Assembly: GCA_965207225.1 (NCBI GenBank)
Contig: CBDBLV010000004.1
Span: forward strand, 672,001 to 736,000
Direction: 5' to 3'
Origin: Dehalococcoidia bacterium
GTDB taxonomy: Bacteria > Chloroflexota > Dehalococcoidia > Plut-88900
DNA: 64,000 bases
Part shown: positions 1 through 10,206 of the stretch, piece by piece
Position numbering within the stretch: the first letter of the stretch is position 1
Layout: each line of letters begins with the position of its first letter
Position numbers and translations under genes: made by a program
Notes under the pieces: generated by a model
The model's database searches: none
What the model saw: the letters and a program-made list of their open reading frames with translations, nothing else
What the model was told of the DNA's origin: nothing

Positions 1-693
1 CCGTATTGCCCTGTTCACGTAATTCTTGGTGGCGTCGCCAATGTTTTCTCGAAGGATGAAATGCCCGGCAGTGAAGATGAGGCCGTCGTGTCGGATGCCG
101 AAGCTCCGTTTGGGTTCGAGCTGTCCGGTAAGCGGGTTGGTGGATTGGTATTCCAACCAACCTTCTCCCTCAGCTGTCGCAGCGATCCAGCCGAGCAGAA
201 ACGCGGTGAATTCACCTGCATCTACGCCTATAAGAGGGATTCCTACTATGTCCCGACGTACCAAGGTTGCCCACGTAGTGTGGGTAGTGGGGTCGAAGAT
301 GAACATCGACCGAACGCCTTCGAGGCTCTCCTGGCTGTTGTAGTAGGCGAGGGCGGCCTCCCGTCCGTCGCGGTCATAATGCTCGATAGCCCGCATCACG
401 TATTCGCGGGTAAGGGCGTCGTCGTCCGGCAAGTCGGGTTCCGGCGCCGAGGTAGCCGCAGGTTCCAGCGTTGGCGTGGCCGAAGGTTCCGGGGCTGTGG
501 TGGGCGCAGGCTCCAGCGTTGGCGTGGCCGAAGGTACCGGCGTTGCGGTGGGTTCGTCGTCGCAGGCAACGGCGAGGGCTAAAAAGGAAGCCAGAACCAG
601 GAGCAAGGACAGTGCGCGCAGCCAGCCCGGCATCCGCCGGGTTGGCCTTCTGTTCGGTTCGCCGCCGGTTCGTTTTTCCTGCTCTGCACGCAT
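1..693 (-). CDS. Lipoprotein with Pro/Thr linker and Cache-like sensor domain (runs off left edge)
   Basis: Not in the ORF track (no stop in window). My translation from ATG 693: ...LSLLLVLASFLALAVAC-DDEPTATPVPSATPTLEP..., then 'LTREYVMRAIEHYDRDGREAALAYYNS...GWLEYQSTNPLTGQLEPKRSF...DGLIFTAGH', resembling single Cache domains. Confidence 0.7.
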   Translation of the reverse strand, partial: MRAEQEKRTGGEPNRRPTRRMPGWLRALSLLLVLASFLALAVACDDEPTATPVPSATPTLEPAPTTAPEPSATPTLEPAATSAPEPDLPDDDALTREYVMRAIEHYDRDGREAALAYYNSQESLEGVRSMFIFDPTTHTTWATLVRRDIVGIPLIGVDAGEFTAFLLGWIAATAEGEGWLEYQSTNPLTGQLEPKRSFGIRHDGLIFTAGHFILRENIGDATKNYVNRAIR

Positions 694-729
694 CGCTGAT
701 CACCTTCTTGCCAATCCGGCCGGGCCGGA

Positions 730-3700
730 CTAGTCGTCGTCTTTGATCGTCATGGTTCCCACGGCGTCGGGCGGGTAGAGGGTCCCGGGCAGGTACGCCT
801 CCACCACGAAGTACTCGTCCGGCTCCTCATCGTCGTCGTACTCCAGCCACACCTCCGCCGTCAACTCCGTCACCCCCGGCGCGAACACCAGCTCACCCTC
901 CGTGTACTGATAGTCGGTCATGTGCGCCCGGTCGTCCAGCAGGTGGTACGCAGGCGCGGTGTTCCATCTGATCCTGATCTCCTCGGTGGACGCCTCGGAC
1001 AGCCGCACCCGGAACTCCAGCACGTCGCCCTCCACCGCCGACGCGGCCTCGACGGTGACGGTTATCTCCACCTCCGGCGCAGCATCGTCGTTGTCTGCCA
1101 CGCCGACCGTGGCCGCGCCCTGGGACGAGGACACCGTGTAGCCGCTGCCCGCGTTCACCGTCGCCGTCACCGACCCGTCGGTCTCGTCCGCGCTGTCGTC
1201 CGTGGTGCCGACGGTGAGGGTGACGCTGCCCGTGGTGGGTATCGTCACCGTGCGCTGGCCCGTGGTCGCGCCGTAGTCGCCGCTCTGGGAGACCGTGACG
1301 CTCACCGCCAGGTTGGCCGCCGGGGCCGGGATGGCCGTCACCGTGAAGACGGCGTCCCCGCCCTCGGTCACCCCGCTGCCAGCGGTGACGCTCACCACCG
1401 GCGTGGGGGCGTCGTCGTTGTCGGACACGCCGACCGTGGCCGCGCCCTGGGACGAGGACACCGTGTAGCCGCTGCCCGCGTTCACCGTCGCGATGACCGA
1501 GCCGTCGGTCTCGTCAGTAGTATCGTCCGTGGTGCCAACGGTGAGGGTGACGCTGCCCGTGGTGGGTATCGTCACCGTGCGCTGGCCCGTGGTCGCGCCG
1601 TAGTCGCCGCTCTGGGACACCGTGACGCTCACCGCCAGGTTGGACGCCGGGGCCGGGCTGGCCGTCACCGTGAAGACGGCGTCCCCGCCCTCGGTCACCC
1701 CGCTGCCAGCGGTGACGCTCACCACCGGCGTGGGGGCGTCGTCGTTGTCGGACACGCCGACCGTGGCCGCGCCCTGGGACGAGGACACCGTGTAGCCGCT
1801 GCCCGCGTTCACCGTCGCGATGACCGAGCCGTCGGTCTCGTCAGTAGTATCGTCCGTGGTGCCAACGGTGAGGGTGACGCTGCCCGAAGTCGGGACGGTC
1901 ACCGTGCGCTGGCCTGTGGTCGCGCCGTAGTCGCCGCTCTGCGATACCGTGACGCTCACCGCCAGGTTGGACGCCGGGGCCGGGCTGGCCGTCACCGTGA
2001 AGACGACGTCCCCACCCTCGGTCACCCCGCTGCCAGCAGTGACGCTCACCACCGGCGTGGGGGCGTCGTCGTTGTCGGACACCGCCACCGTGGCCGCGCC
2101 CTGGGACGAGGACACCGTGTAGCCGCTGCCCGCGTTCACCGTGGCCGTGACCGACCCGTCGGTCTCGTCAGTAGTATCGTCCGTGGTGCCCACGGTGAGG
2201 GTGACGCTGCCCGTGGTGGGTATCGTCACCGTCCGCTGGCCCGTGGTCGCGCCGTAGTCGCCGCTCTGCGAGACCGTGACGCTCACGTCCAGATTGGACG
2301 AAGGCGCCGGGCTGGCCGTCACCGTGAAGACGGCGTCGCCGCCCTCGGTTATCCCGCTTCCAGCGGTGACGCTCACCTCAGGCGTGGGCGGCGGTGGCGT
2401 CTGCGCTGACGCCGCCTCCAGCGCCGTCAGCTCGGTCACCACCTCGTCCCACACGGGGCTGCTGTGTTTGTCCGCCATGTCCTGGGCCTCGGCCGCCGTC
2501 ATCGGGCCGCCCGTGACGCCGGTGCCGTCGTGCTCGCCGAAGGCGACGAGCACCCGGTTCCAGCGGTTCACGTGGGCCGTGCCGTGCTGCGTCTGCGACG
2601 CCAGCTCCCTGACCTTCGCGATCACGTCCGGGTCCACCGTGTAGCCCGTCTGCTCCTCAACGACCGGGTCGTCGTTGTCTGCGACGCCGGCCGTGGCAGC
2701 CCCCTGGGACGAGGACACCGTGTAGCCGCTGCCCGCGTTCACCGTTGCGGTGACCGACCCGTCGGCCTCGTCGGCGCTGTCGTCCGTGGTGCCGACGGTG
2801 ATGGTGACGCTGCCCGTGGTGGGTATCGTCACCGTGCGCTGGCCCGTGGTCGCGCCGTAGTCGCCGCTCTGGGAGACCGTGACGCTCACGTCGAGGTTGG
2901 CGGCGGGGGCGGGGTTTGCGCTGACGGTGAAGCTTGCGCTGCCGCCCTCGGTGATGCCGCCGCCCGCGCTGACGCTCACCACCGGCGTGGAGGCGTCGTC
3001 GTTGTCGGACACGGCCACCGTGGCCGCGCCCTGGGACGAGGACACCGTGTAGCCGCTGCCCGCGTTCACCGTCGCGGTGACCGAGCCGTCGGTCTCGTCG
3101 GCGTTATCGTCCGTGGTGCCCACGGTGAGGGTGACGCTGCCCGTGGTGGGTATCGTCACCGTGCGCTGGCCCGTGGCCGCGCCGTAGTCGCCGCTCTGGG
3201 ACACCGTTACGCTCACGTCCAGGTTCGCGGTCGGGGCCGGGCTGGCCGTCACCGTGAAGACGGCGTCGCCGCCCTCGGTCACCCCGCTGCCAGCGGTGAT
3301 ACTCACCTCGGGCGTGGGCGGCGGCGGCGGCGTCTGCGCCGCGGCCGCTTCCAGGGCGGTCAGCTCGACGACCACCAGGTCCCAGACGGGGCTGCTGTGA
3401 TTGTCGGCCATGTCCTGGGCCTCGGACGCCGTCATCGGGCCGCCGGTGACGCCGGTGCCGTCGTGCTCGCCGAAGGCCAGCAGCACCCGGTTCCAGCGGT
3501 TCACGTGGGCCGCGCCGTGCTGCGTCTGCGACGCCAGCTCCTTGACCCTGGCGATCGTTCCCTGGTTGACCGTGTAGCCGCCGTCGTCGTCGGACACGAC
3601 CACGACGGCCGTCCCCTGGGACGAGGACACCCGGTAGTCGAGGTTGGCGCTGGCGTCGACGGTGACCGTGACCGATCCGTCGGGCTCGTCCACCTCGTCG

Positions 3701-5973
3701 TTGGTGGTGGCCACCGTCAGCGCGGCGTAGCCCGCCGACGGGATGGTCACCGTCCGATGTTCCATGGATATCCCGGAGTCGTCGCTCTGCGACACCGTGA
3801 CGCTCACGTCCAGGTCCGCAGCCGGGGCCGGGTTGGCGCTGACCGTGAAGGTCGCGTCCCCGCCCTCGGTCACGTTGCCGTCGGCGGTCACGCTGATCAG
3901 CGGCACGGACGTGTTGGGCGCGGGCGTCTCGAAGTCCACCGTGAAGGTCTTCGGCGTCGCGCCGGCGGCCAGGGTCCGCACGGTGATCTTGTCCAGCTGG
4001 GTCGTCCCGTGAAGGACGGAGACCACGTAGTGCGACTGCGGGTCGAGGCCGGTGAGCTGGTGCTCGGTGGCGGTGGTCGTGACTTCCGTCAGGACCGGGA
4101 CGCCCGTGAAGCTCTCGTGCCAGACGACCAGGTAGGACGCGCCGTCCCCCTGCGGCTTCCAGGCGACGGTCGCCGTGGTGTCGGAGACGCGCTTGAGCTG
4201 CACCGGCGGCGGCGGCGGCAGGTCGTTGTTGGCGATATAGACCGAGGCGTAGCTCCTGAACCTGTTCAGCCGGTAGCCCTCGCCGAACTGCACCGTCGCG
4301 CCGAGCATCCCGTTGGAGCCCCAACCGGTGTCGTCGACGGTGGGGATGGTGAACGAGACGCTGCCGCCGGTGGGCACGTTGACCGTGCGCTCGCCCAGGT
4401 GCTGGGCGGCGACCACGGAGCCGGGGCCGGCCACGCCCACCCTGACGTCCAGCGGCGCGTCGGGCGCGGGGTTCACGGTGACCGTGTAGACCGCGTCCTC
4501 GCCCTCGGTGATGGTGCCGCCGGCGGCGCTGATCGACACCTCGGGCACACGCTCCACGATGACCGACGTGGGCTCCGCCTCCACCGGCGAGCCCGCCGCA
4601 AGCGTGGTGAAGCGAATCACCGGGCTGGCGGTGCTCAGCTGCGTCGCGCCGTGGTCGGCGTAGTAGACCACCGCCCGGTACTCGGTGTCCGGCTCCAGGT
4701 GGCGGATGTTCCAGGCCGGGTCGTTGGGCTCGGCCCCGAACCAGGCCTCGTCGGCCGGGACGCCGGGGAAGGGCGACGTGGTGGACCAGTAGCGCACCTC
4801 GTAGCCCTCGGCGCCGACCACCTGAGGCCAGCTCAGGTCGATGCCCGTGTCGGACAGGTTGGCGTAGCTCAGGTCGCCCACGCGCTCCACCACCGGGTCC
4901 GGCAGGTCGCCCAGCAGCCGCTGGCAGCCCACGCAGGAGCCCAGCGTGCGGTGGAAGCTGAAGCTGTCGGTGCGCACCGTCTTCGGCGGCGTCTCCGTCG
5001 AGATCTGGTTGTCGCTGCGCTCGTACAGCTTGTAGCCCTCGACCTGGAAGGTCACGTTGCCGACCACGTTGGCGCCGACGTGGACGTCGACCTGGACCGG
5101 CGTGCGGCTGACCGTGACCGAGCCGGCGCTGACGGCAGAGTCAGTTCTGAAGGTGTGCAGGTGCGAGGCGGCGGGGCTGGTGAACCAGACCCGGTGGGAC
5201 CGGAAGTACTCCGACGTGCCGCTCCGCAACAGCGGCTCGGCGAAGTCGGCGCTGATGGAGAAGCGCTTGTCCTGGTCCGCCGGCGGGTCGTTCTTCGTCC
5301 GCACCCAGAAGTAGTGCGCCTTGCGCCCCGTGTTCAGCGAGGCCGGGAAGGCCAGATTGAGCCCGCCGTCCTCGATGGACGTCCAGGTGGTCCCGTCGTC
5401 GATGGAGAACTCCAGGGTCTGCTCCCACTCGTCGTCGTCCCTGATGATGAGCGGCACCTGCACCTCGGGGTAGTCGAAGCCTCCCACCTGGTACAGCACG
5501 CCATTTTCATAGAAGTTGTGGCCGACGGCGTGGGGCCGGTGGATCAGGAACGTCCCGTGGTCGAAGGCGTCGCTGTCCTGCCCCGCGGCGAGGCTCACCG
5601 GACGCCACTTGTTGGCGTCGCTCTCGTAGACGGACTGCGACGAGAAGGGGCAGCCGTCGTGCCGGTCCAGCAGCGGGCCGGCGGTGCTGCCGTAGCCGAA
5701 ATGAATCCCATCCCGGCCAAGCCCTTCGACGATGGGGTCGCCCAGGTTGTAGGGGCTGCGGCTCCCGGTGTGGCACATCAGCCGGTCCCGGTCCGGTTTG
5801 CCCGGCCCGATGTAGCCGCCGTGGTGGCTGAGCGGCTCACCCACCTGGCTGGCGACGTAGAAGTGCCGGCGCTCGTGGGGGTCCACCGCCTGCCACTGGT
5901 AGGTCACCGCCGGGCCGCCCTCGGTCAGCGTGATCGTCGGCGGCGGGTCGTGCCTGTTGTAGTTGGCGATCAC
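730..5973 (-). CDS. Large repetitive surface protein (FN3-like, many Calx-beta/Ig-like repeats); possibly the 3' part of one frameshifted gene with 5970-9731
   Basis: 1747 aa; ~104-aa repeats 'PVVSVTAGSGVTEGGDAVFTVT...DETDGSVTATVNAGSGYTVSSSQGAATVAVSDND'; no signal peptide. Confidence 0.85.
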   Translation of the reverse strand: MIANYNRHDPPPTITLTEGGPAVTYQWQAVDPHERRHFYVASQVGEPLSHHGGYIGPGKPDRDRLMCHTGSRSPYNLGDPIVEGLGRDGIHFGYGSTAGPLLDRHDGCPFSSQSVYESDANKWRPVSLAAGQDSDAFDHGTFLIHRPHAVGHNFYENGVLYQVGGFDYPEVQVPLIIRDDDEWEQTLEFSIDDGTTWTSIEDGGLNLAFPASLNTGRKAHYFWVRTKNDPPADQDKRFSISADFAEPLLRSGTSEYFRSHRVWFTSPAASHLHTFRTDSAVSAGSVTVSRTPVQVDVHVGANVVGNVTFQVEGYKLYERSDNQISTETPPKTVRTDSFSFHRTLGSCVGCQRLLGDLPDPVVERVGDLSYANLSDTGIDLSWPQVVGAEGYEVRYWSTTSPFPGVPADEAWFGAEPNDPAWNIRHLEPDTEYRAVVYYADHGATQLSTASPVIRFTTLAAGSPVEAEPTSVIVERVPEVSISAAGGTITEGEDAVYTVTVNPAPDAPLDVRVGVAGPGSVVAAQHLGERTVNVPTGGSVSFTIPTVDDTGWGSNGMLGATVQFGEGYRLNRFRSYASVYIANNDLPPPPPVQLKRVSDTTATVAWKPQGDGASYLVVWHESFTGVPVLTEVTTTATEHQLTGLDPQSHYVVSVLHGTTQLDKITVRTLAAGATPKTFTVDFETPAPNTSVPLISVTADGNVTEGGDATFTVSANPAPAADLDVSVTVSQSDDSGISMEHRTVTIPSAGYAALTVATTNDEVDEPDGSVTVTVDASANLDYRVSSSQGTAVVVVSDDDGGYTVNQGTIARVKELASQTQHGAAHVNRWNRVLLAFGEHDGTGVTGGPMTASEAQDMADNHSSPVWDLVVVELTALEAAAAQTPPPPPTPEVSITAGSGVTEGGDAVFTVTASPAPTANLDVSVTVSQSGDYGAATGQRTVTIPTTGSVTLTVGTTDDNADETDGSVTATVNAGSGYTVSSSQGAATVAVSDNDDASTPVVSVSAGGGITEGGSASFTVSANPAPAANLDVSVTVSQSGDYGATTGQRTVTIPTTGSVTITVGTTDDSADEADGSVTATVNAGSGYTVSSSQGAATAGVADNDDPVVEEQTGYTVDPDVIAKVRELASQTQHGTAHVNRWNRVLVAFGEHDGTGVTGGPMTAAEAQDMADKHSSPVWDEVVTELTALEAASAQTPPPPTPEVSVTAGSGITEGGDAVFTVTASPAPSSNLDVSVTVSQSGDYGATTGQRTVTIPTTGSVTLTVGTTDDTTDETDGSVTATVNAGSGYTVSSSQGAATVAVSDNDDAPTPVVSVTAGSGVTEGGDVVFTVTASPAPASNLAVSVTVSQSGDYGATTGQRTVTVPTSGSVTLTVGTTDDTTDETDGSVIATVNAGSGYTVSSSQGAATVGVSDNDDAPTPVVSVTAGSGVTEGGDAVFTVTASPAPASNLAVSVTVSQSGDYGATTGQRTVTIPTTGSVTLTVGTTDDTTDETDGSVIATVNAGSGYTVSSSQGAATVGVSDNDDAPTPVVSVTAGSGVTEGGDAVFTVTAIPAPAANLAVSVTVSQSGDYGATTGQRTVTIPTTGSVTLTVGTTDDSADETDGSVTATVNAGSGYTVSSSQGAATVGVADNDDAAPEVEITVTVEAASAVEGDVLEFRVRLSEASTEEIRIRWNTAPAYHLLDDRAHMTDYQYTEGELVFAPGVTELTAEVWLEYDDDEEPDEYFVVEAYLPGTLYPPDAVGTMTIKDDD

Positions 5974-8900
5974 CCAGCCCGTCGTCGCACGTCGTTGCCC
6001 GACACCGTGCCCGCGCAGGTGCGGAACTGCACGAAGGCGTCGGCGGCCCCCAGGTTCAGGCCGATCTTGAGCGCCTCGGAGTGGGTGCTCCAGGAGACGG
6101 CGGGGTTGGGGTAGAGCGACCAGGAACTGTGGCCGTCGCCGATGCTCCAGCCCTCGGGCAGGCGCAGGCCCCGCAGGCGCTCGGAGTTCGACGCGGTGGC
6201 GCGAAGGGTGTACGTGCTGTTGGGCTGCACGGACGCGTCGTATACGTACACCCAGTAGGTGGTGTTCGGCTCCAGCCGCAGCCCCGAACCGTCGTCGCCC
6301 TGGTAGGTGAAGGTGAAGGTCCGATCGGCGCTGCCCACCGGCATGGAGGGGCGCGCCAGGTCGGCCAGGACGTCGGCGGCGGTACTGCCCGGCGAGCCGC
6401 CGGAGCCGGCCCAGATCTGTACCCTCAGATCACGGGCGGCGTTGGAGTCGCCGATCTCGGCAAACTCGACGTCGACGCTGTTGAGGCGGTAGTGGCCGCC
6501 GTTCTTGCCCGTCGTGAACGACTGCGCGCGGTCACGTACGGTACTGGCAGTCGTCACGGTCAACGCCGCGCCGTCCGCCTGGCCCAGGTTGCTCATCACC
6601 GCCGGCTCACCGGGCGGCGCGTTCACCGGCGTGGGCTCCACCCGGAACAGGGGCGAGATGCCGTAGAACGCGTGGTCCTGGGTGCTCGCGATGGTGTTGT
6701 AGCTGATGGGGCCGGTGTCCGCGTCGGTGGTCGAGAACCGTCCCCGCCGGGCGTTGCTGGCGCCCAGAGGGTTCGCCTCCTTCGCACCGTCGGTCCTGGT
6801 GCCCGTCCACGGCCAGTCGTTCGAGGTGCTCCTCTCGCCGCTCTCGAAGCGCCGGTCCGCCATCGCCCAGTTCTCCCAGGTGTCGGACCAGAAGCCGGCG
6901 TTGTTCGCCGCGACGCGCTCGCCGTTCAGCCACCAGACCTCCGCGTCCGTGTGCCCGGCGTTGTTGGGGTTGGTCCGGGTGTGGTCCCGGGCGTCCACCG
7001 CGGCGGTGGAGCCCACCACCCGGAAGTGGTCGGCGTAGCGCCGGACGGCGGCGTGCCCGTCGCGGGCCGCCTCCCGCACGTGGGCGTCGTAGACGCCGAT
7101 GTCGGCGGCGGTGGCGTCGCGGTGGTCTTCGGTCATGAACAGCAGCCGGAACGTCTCGCCCGCGCCCAGACCGAGCGGCTTCAGCGGCCAGTCGAAGGGC
7201 ACGGTGTAGGAACCGTCCGCGTGGGGCAGCAGCCGGCCGTTGACTCCCATCGACAGAGTGGAGCCGCCGACCAGGGTGATCCAGTTGCCGCCCCCCTGCG
7301 CGCGGATGCGAGCGTCGTTGTTGATGCTCCAGCCGGGCGCCGCGCCCTCGTCCTCGGAGTTGCTCTGCGTGAACTTCACCTGGCTGTTGCCTTCCGTGAG
7401 TCCGGCTGCGTCCAGCACGACCCAGTAGCGGGTGTCCGCCTCGAGCGCGACGCCCGGGTGCGTGAAGCTGTACGTGCCGGCCTGCCGGTTCACGAAGGCG
7501 GGATTGGCCAGGGTCCCCACGACCGTGCCGGGAGCCCCGTTGGCACCTTTGTGGACGGTGACCGTCAGCTTGGAGCCGAAGTCCTCGGTGGACCGGTTGA
7601 AGGCCACGTCCACGCTGGTCAGGGTGTACCCCGAGGGGTTGCCGCCGGTGTCGAAACCCTGCGCCAGGTCCACGTGCAGGCCCTGCACCAGGCCGCTCGA
7701 CTGGCCGGTGTTCTTCACCAGCGCCGGGTCGTCGTCCCGCACCCGGACCGTCGCCGTCCCCAGCGACGTGGCCAGGTCGTAGTCCGACCCGTCCACCAGC
7801 GTCACCGTGACCGAGCCGTGGGCTTCGTCCACGTCGTCGCCGGTGGTGGGGATCTCCAGCGTCGCGGTGCCCGAGTCCGGGATGGTGACGCTGGTGGGCA
7901 GGGTCCCGTACCCGAAGTCCCCGGTCGTGGCCACCGTCACGCTCACCGGCAGGTCCGCCGTGGGCGCCGGGACCGCCGTCAGCGTGAAGCTGGCGCTGAC
8001 GCCCTCGGTGACGGCGCCGCCGCCAAGGATGCTCACCCTCGACGGCCGCGGCTTGCTGACGCCGTCGAGGCTGATCTTCAGTGACGATACGTTGGGGGTC
8101 CACGCGCCCGTCGAGGAAGCCGTTCTCGTCCCGGCGCCGTCGGCGATGCTCCAGCCGGCCAGGCCCCCGCCGTCCTCGGCGTCCGAACCCGTCAGGCGTA
8201 CCCTCGAAGAACTCTGGCCGGCGTCCATGTCGATCACCAGGAAGTAGGTGGCGCTCCCCTCAAGGTCGATGCCCGCGCTGCTGGTGAAGGTCAGCGTCTG
8301 GTCCGAGGTGGAGGCGGGGAAGCTGGCGGGGTTGGTCAGGGTCCCCAGCGAGCTGCCCGGAGACCCGCCGGAGGCGGCGTGGATGCTGGCGGTCAGCGCC
8401 GAGGAACTGAAGGCGCTGTCGATGGTGGAGAACTCCACGTCGACGCTGTGCAGGCTGTAGCCGAAGCCGTTGGAGCCGGTGGTGAAGGCCTGGTGGAAGT
8501 CATTGCCCAGAAACGAGGTGCCTCCGTCCGCCTGGCCGGTGTTGGCGACGAAGGTCTCCGTCTCGACCGTCTCGACGGCCGTGCCGTGGATGGTCATCTT
8601 GCGGGACTGGCTGAACGAGGTCCAGGCGCCCGAGGTGTTCCAGGTCCGGTAGTGGCCGTCGTCGGCGATGGTCCAGCCGTCCGCGCCGCCGGCGTCCTCG
8701 GCGTCCGACCCGGTGTTCTGGATGGTGTTGGCGCCGGGCAACAGGACCAGGGTGACGTCCAGCACCGCCCAGTACGTGGTGTTCGCCGCGAGCGCCACGC
8801 CCGAGTGCGTGAAGCTGTTCGTGCCGGCGGCAATCGTGCCGGGCTTGGTCAGGGTGGCGACCACCGCGCCCGGCGCTCCGCTGCTGTCGCTTCTGATCTC

Positions 8901-9731
8901 GGCAGCCAGCTTCCCCGCCAGCCCGCCGTCGTTGATTTGCGGAAACGAGAAGTCGACGCCCGTCAGGGTGTACCCGCCGGCGTTGGCGCCCGTCGTGAAC
9001 GCCTGGGCGTGGTCGTGCTGGACGAAATTGCCGGTGCCGCCGTCCGCCTGCCCGAAGTTCGAAACCAGGAAAGGCTTGCTGACGCCGCCGAGGCTGAGTT
9101 TCGGTGATGACGTGCTGGTGGTCCATGCGGCTGTTGAGGAAAATGCTCTAAACAAAGTGCCGTCGCTGATGCTCCAACCGGCCAGGGCTCCGCTGTCCTC
9201 GGCGTCCGAAGTCGTCAAGCGCAGATTCGAAAAGGGCTCACCACTGCTAATGTCAATCACTAGGAAGTAGGTGGTACTCGCCGCAAGGTCGATGCCCGCG
9301 CTGGTGAAGGCCAGCGTCTGGTCCGAGCTGGAGACGGGAAAGCTGGCGGGCTTGGTCAGGGTCCCGAGGGAGCTGCCCGGAGACCCGCTGGAGTCGGTGT
9401 GGATGCTGGCGGTGAGGGATGAAGAGCTGAAGCCGCTGTGGATAGAGGCGAATTCCACGGCGACGCTGGTCAGGGAGTACCCACCCGGGTTGCTGCCGGT
9501 GGTGAAGGCGTGGGCGTAGTCATTGGACAGAGATGTAGCAGCCCCGTCTGCCTGGCCGGTGTTGCTGACGAAGGTCTGCGCGGTCTGCGCGTTAGCCTGC
9601 TCCGCCGGCGTCGCCGCGAACACCACCGCCAGCAGCGCGAGGGCGAGAAGCGCAATCCCAGGGCGCCTCATGAGAGAGAACCCCCACGAAATGCGGGGGG
9701 GGGGGGTGAAGCTCCGCAGCGCGTTGGTCAT
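5970..9731 (-). CDS. Secreted surface protein with repeated choice-of-anchor-R-like domains, a Calx-beta repeat and a lectin-like domain
   Basis: Signal peptide ending 'QANAQ'; five repeats 'VSNTGQADG...AQAFTTGSN.GGYTLTSV'. Confidence 0.8.
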   Translation of the reverse strand: MTNALRSFTPPPRISWGFSLMRRPGIALLALALLAVVFAATPAEQANAQTAQTFVSNTGQADGAATSLSNDYAHAFTTGSNPGGYSLTSVAVEFASIHSGFSSSSLTASIHTDSSGSPGSSLGTLTKPASFPVSSSDQTLAFTSAGIDLAASTTYFLVIDISSGEPFSNLRLTTSDAEDSGALAGWSISDGTLFRAFSSTAAWTTSTSSPKLSLGGVSKPFLVSNFGQADGGTGNFVQHDHAQAFTTGANAGGYTLTGVDFSFPQINDGGLAGKLAAEIRSDSSGAPGAVVATLTKPGTIAAGTNSFTHSGVALAANTTYWAVLDVTLVLLPGANTIQNTGSDAEDAGGADGWTIADDGHYRTWNTSGAWTSFSQSRKMTIHGTAVETVETETFVANTGQADGGTSFLGNDFHQAFTTGSNGFGYSLHSVDVEFSTIDSAFSSSALTASIHAASGGSPGSSLGTLTNPASFPASTSDQTLTFTSSAGIDLEGSATYFLVIDMDAGQSSSRVRLTGSDAEDGGGLAGWSIADGAGTRTASSTGAWTPNVSSLKISLDGVSKPRPSRVSILGGGAVTEGVSASFTLTAVPAPTADLPVSVTVATTGDFGYGTLPTSVTIPDSGTATLEIPTTGDDVDEAHGSVTVTLVDGSDYDLATSLGTATVRVRDDDPALVKNTGQSSGLVQGLHVDLAQGFDTGGNPSGYTLTSVDVAFNRSTEDFGSKLTVTVHKGANGAPGTVVGTLANPAFVNRQAGTYSFTHPGVALEADTRYWVVLDAAGLTEGNSQVKFTQSNSEDEGAAPGWSINNDARIRAQGGGNWITLVGGSTLSMGVNGRLLPHADGSYTVPFDWPLKPLGLGAGETFRLLFMTEDHRDATAADIGVYDAHVREAARDGHAAVRRYADHFRVVGSTAAVDARDHTRTNPNNAGHTDAEVWWLNGERVAANNAGFWSDTWENWAMADRRFESGERSTSNDWPWTGTRTDGAKEANPLGASNARRGRFSTTDADTGPISYNTIASTQDHAFYGISPLFRVEPTPVNAPPGEPAVMSNLGQADGAALTVTTASTVRDRAQSFTTGKNGGHYRLNSVDVEFAEIGDSNAARDLRVQIWAGSGGSPGSTAADVLADLARPSMPVGSADRTFTFTYQGDDGSGLRLEPNTTYWVYVYDASVQPNSTYTLRATASNSERLRGLRLPEGWSIGDGHSSWSLYPNPAVSWSTHSEALKIGLNLGAADAFVQFRTCAGTVSGNDVRRRAG
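9695..9706. repeat. G12 homopolymer (C12 on coding strand) in the first codons of the adhesin gene
   Basis: Counted directly; encodes T-P-P-P-R. Confidence 0.9.
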
Positions 9732-9914
9732 GTCGTCGAACCTCCTGTGTCGCCCGACTTATGCCGCGACGCCTGCGGGCGCTGGATCAGTAGTATTTCT
9801 AGCTCATGTCAATATATGTCGCAAGCGGCCAGTGTATATCATCCGCCAATCTGGGGTTCGTTGTCAATGGGGTCCGGGTTGGATTGGGGACGGAAAGGGA
9901 GGGCGGCGGCGCTG

Positions 9915-9972
9915 TGGTGGGCCTAAATTGACGTTAGGCAGAACCATCTTTGAGCTTTGGATGGGGTTGTGA
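9915..9972 (+). mobile_element. att-like left junction of element A with stored LSR C-terminal tail GGPKLTLGRTIFELWMGL*
   Basis: TGGTGGGCCTA identical to 37009-37019; following arm 16/20 identical to 37020-37039. Confidence 0.8.
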
Positions 9973-10206
9973 CCGCTCGTGAGTGCTATGGATGCGATGC
10001 GTTGAGGAGGGAGGACATCGGTGCACATTGGTTTTTTGGATCACAGGGAAGAGTCTAACCGACTGATTCCGATACTGGGCACGAACTTTGGTCTATGCGA
10101 TGGGGGATCATCGGTCCGACAATCACAAAGCCCAGTTTGGCACTCAGAGACTGAGCATAGGCTTGAAGACAATATTGTTTAGATAAGTGGGAGAGAAGCG
10201 GACGAC

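Noticed and set aside
6600-7230. Lectin-like domain as a DGR target
   Set aside because: No reverse transcriptase or template/variable repeat pair seen in the window.
922-9107. Long + strand ORFs (e.g. 2464-6114, 6081-8084)
   Set aside because: Antisense shadows of GC-rich repetitive minus-strand genes; no motifs.
9740-9915. tRNA or ssrA as the integration target of element A
   Set aside because: No cloverleaf or tRNA-like 3' end recognisable; it appears to be the adhesin upstream region.
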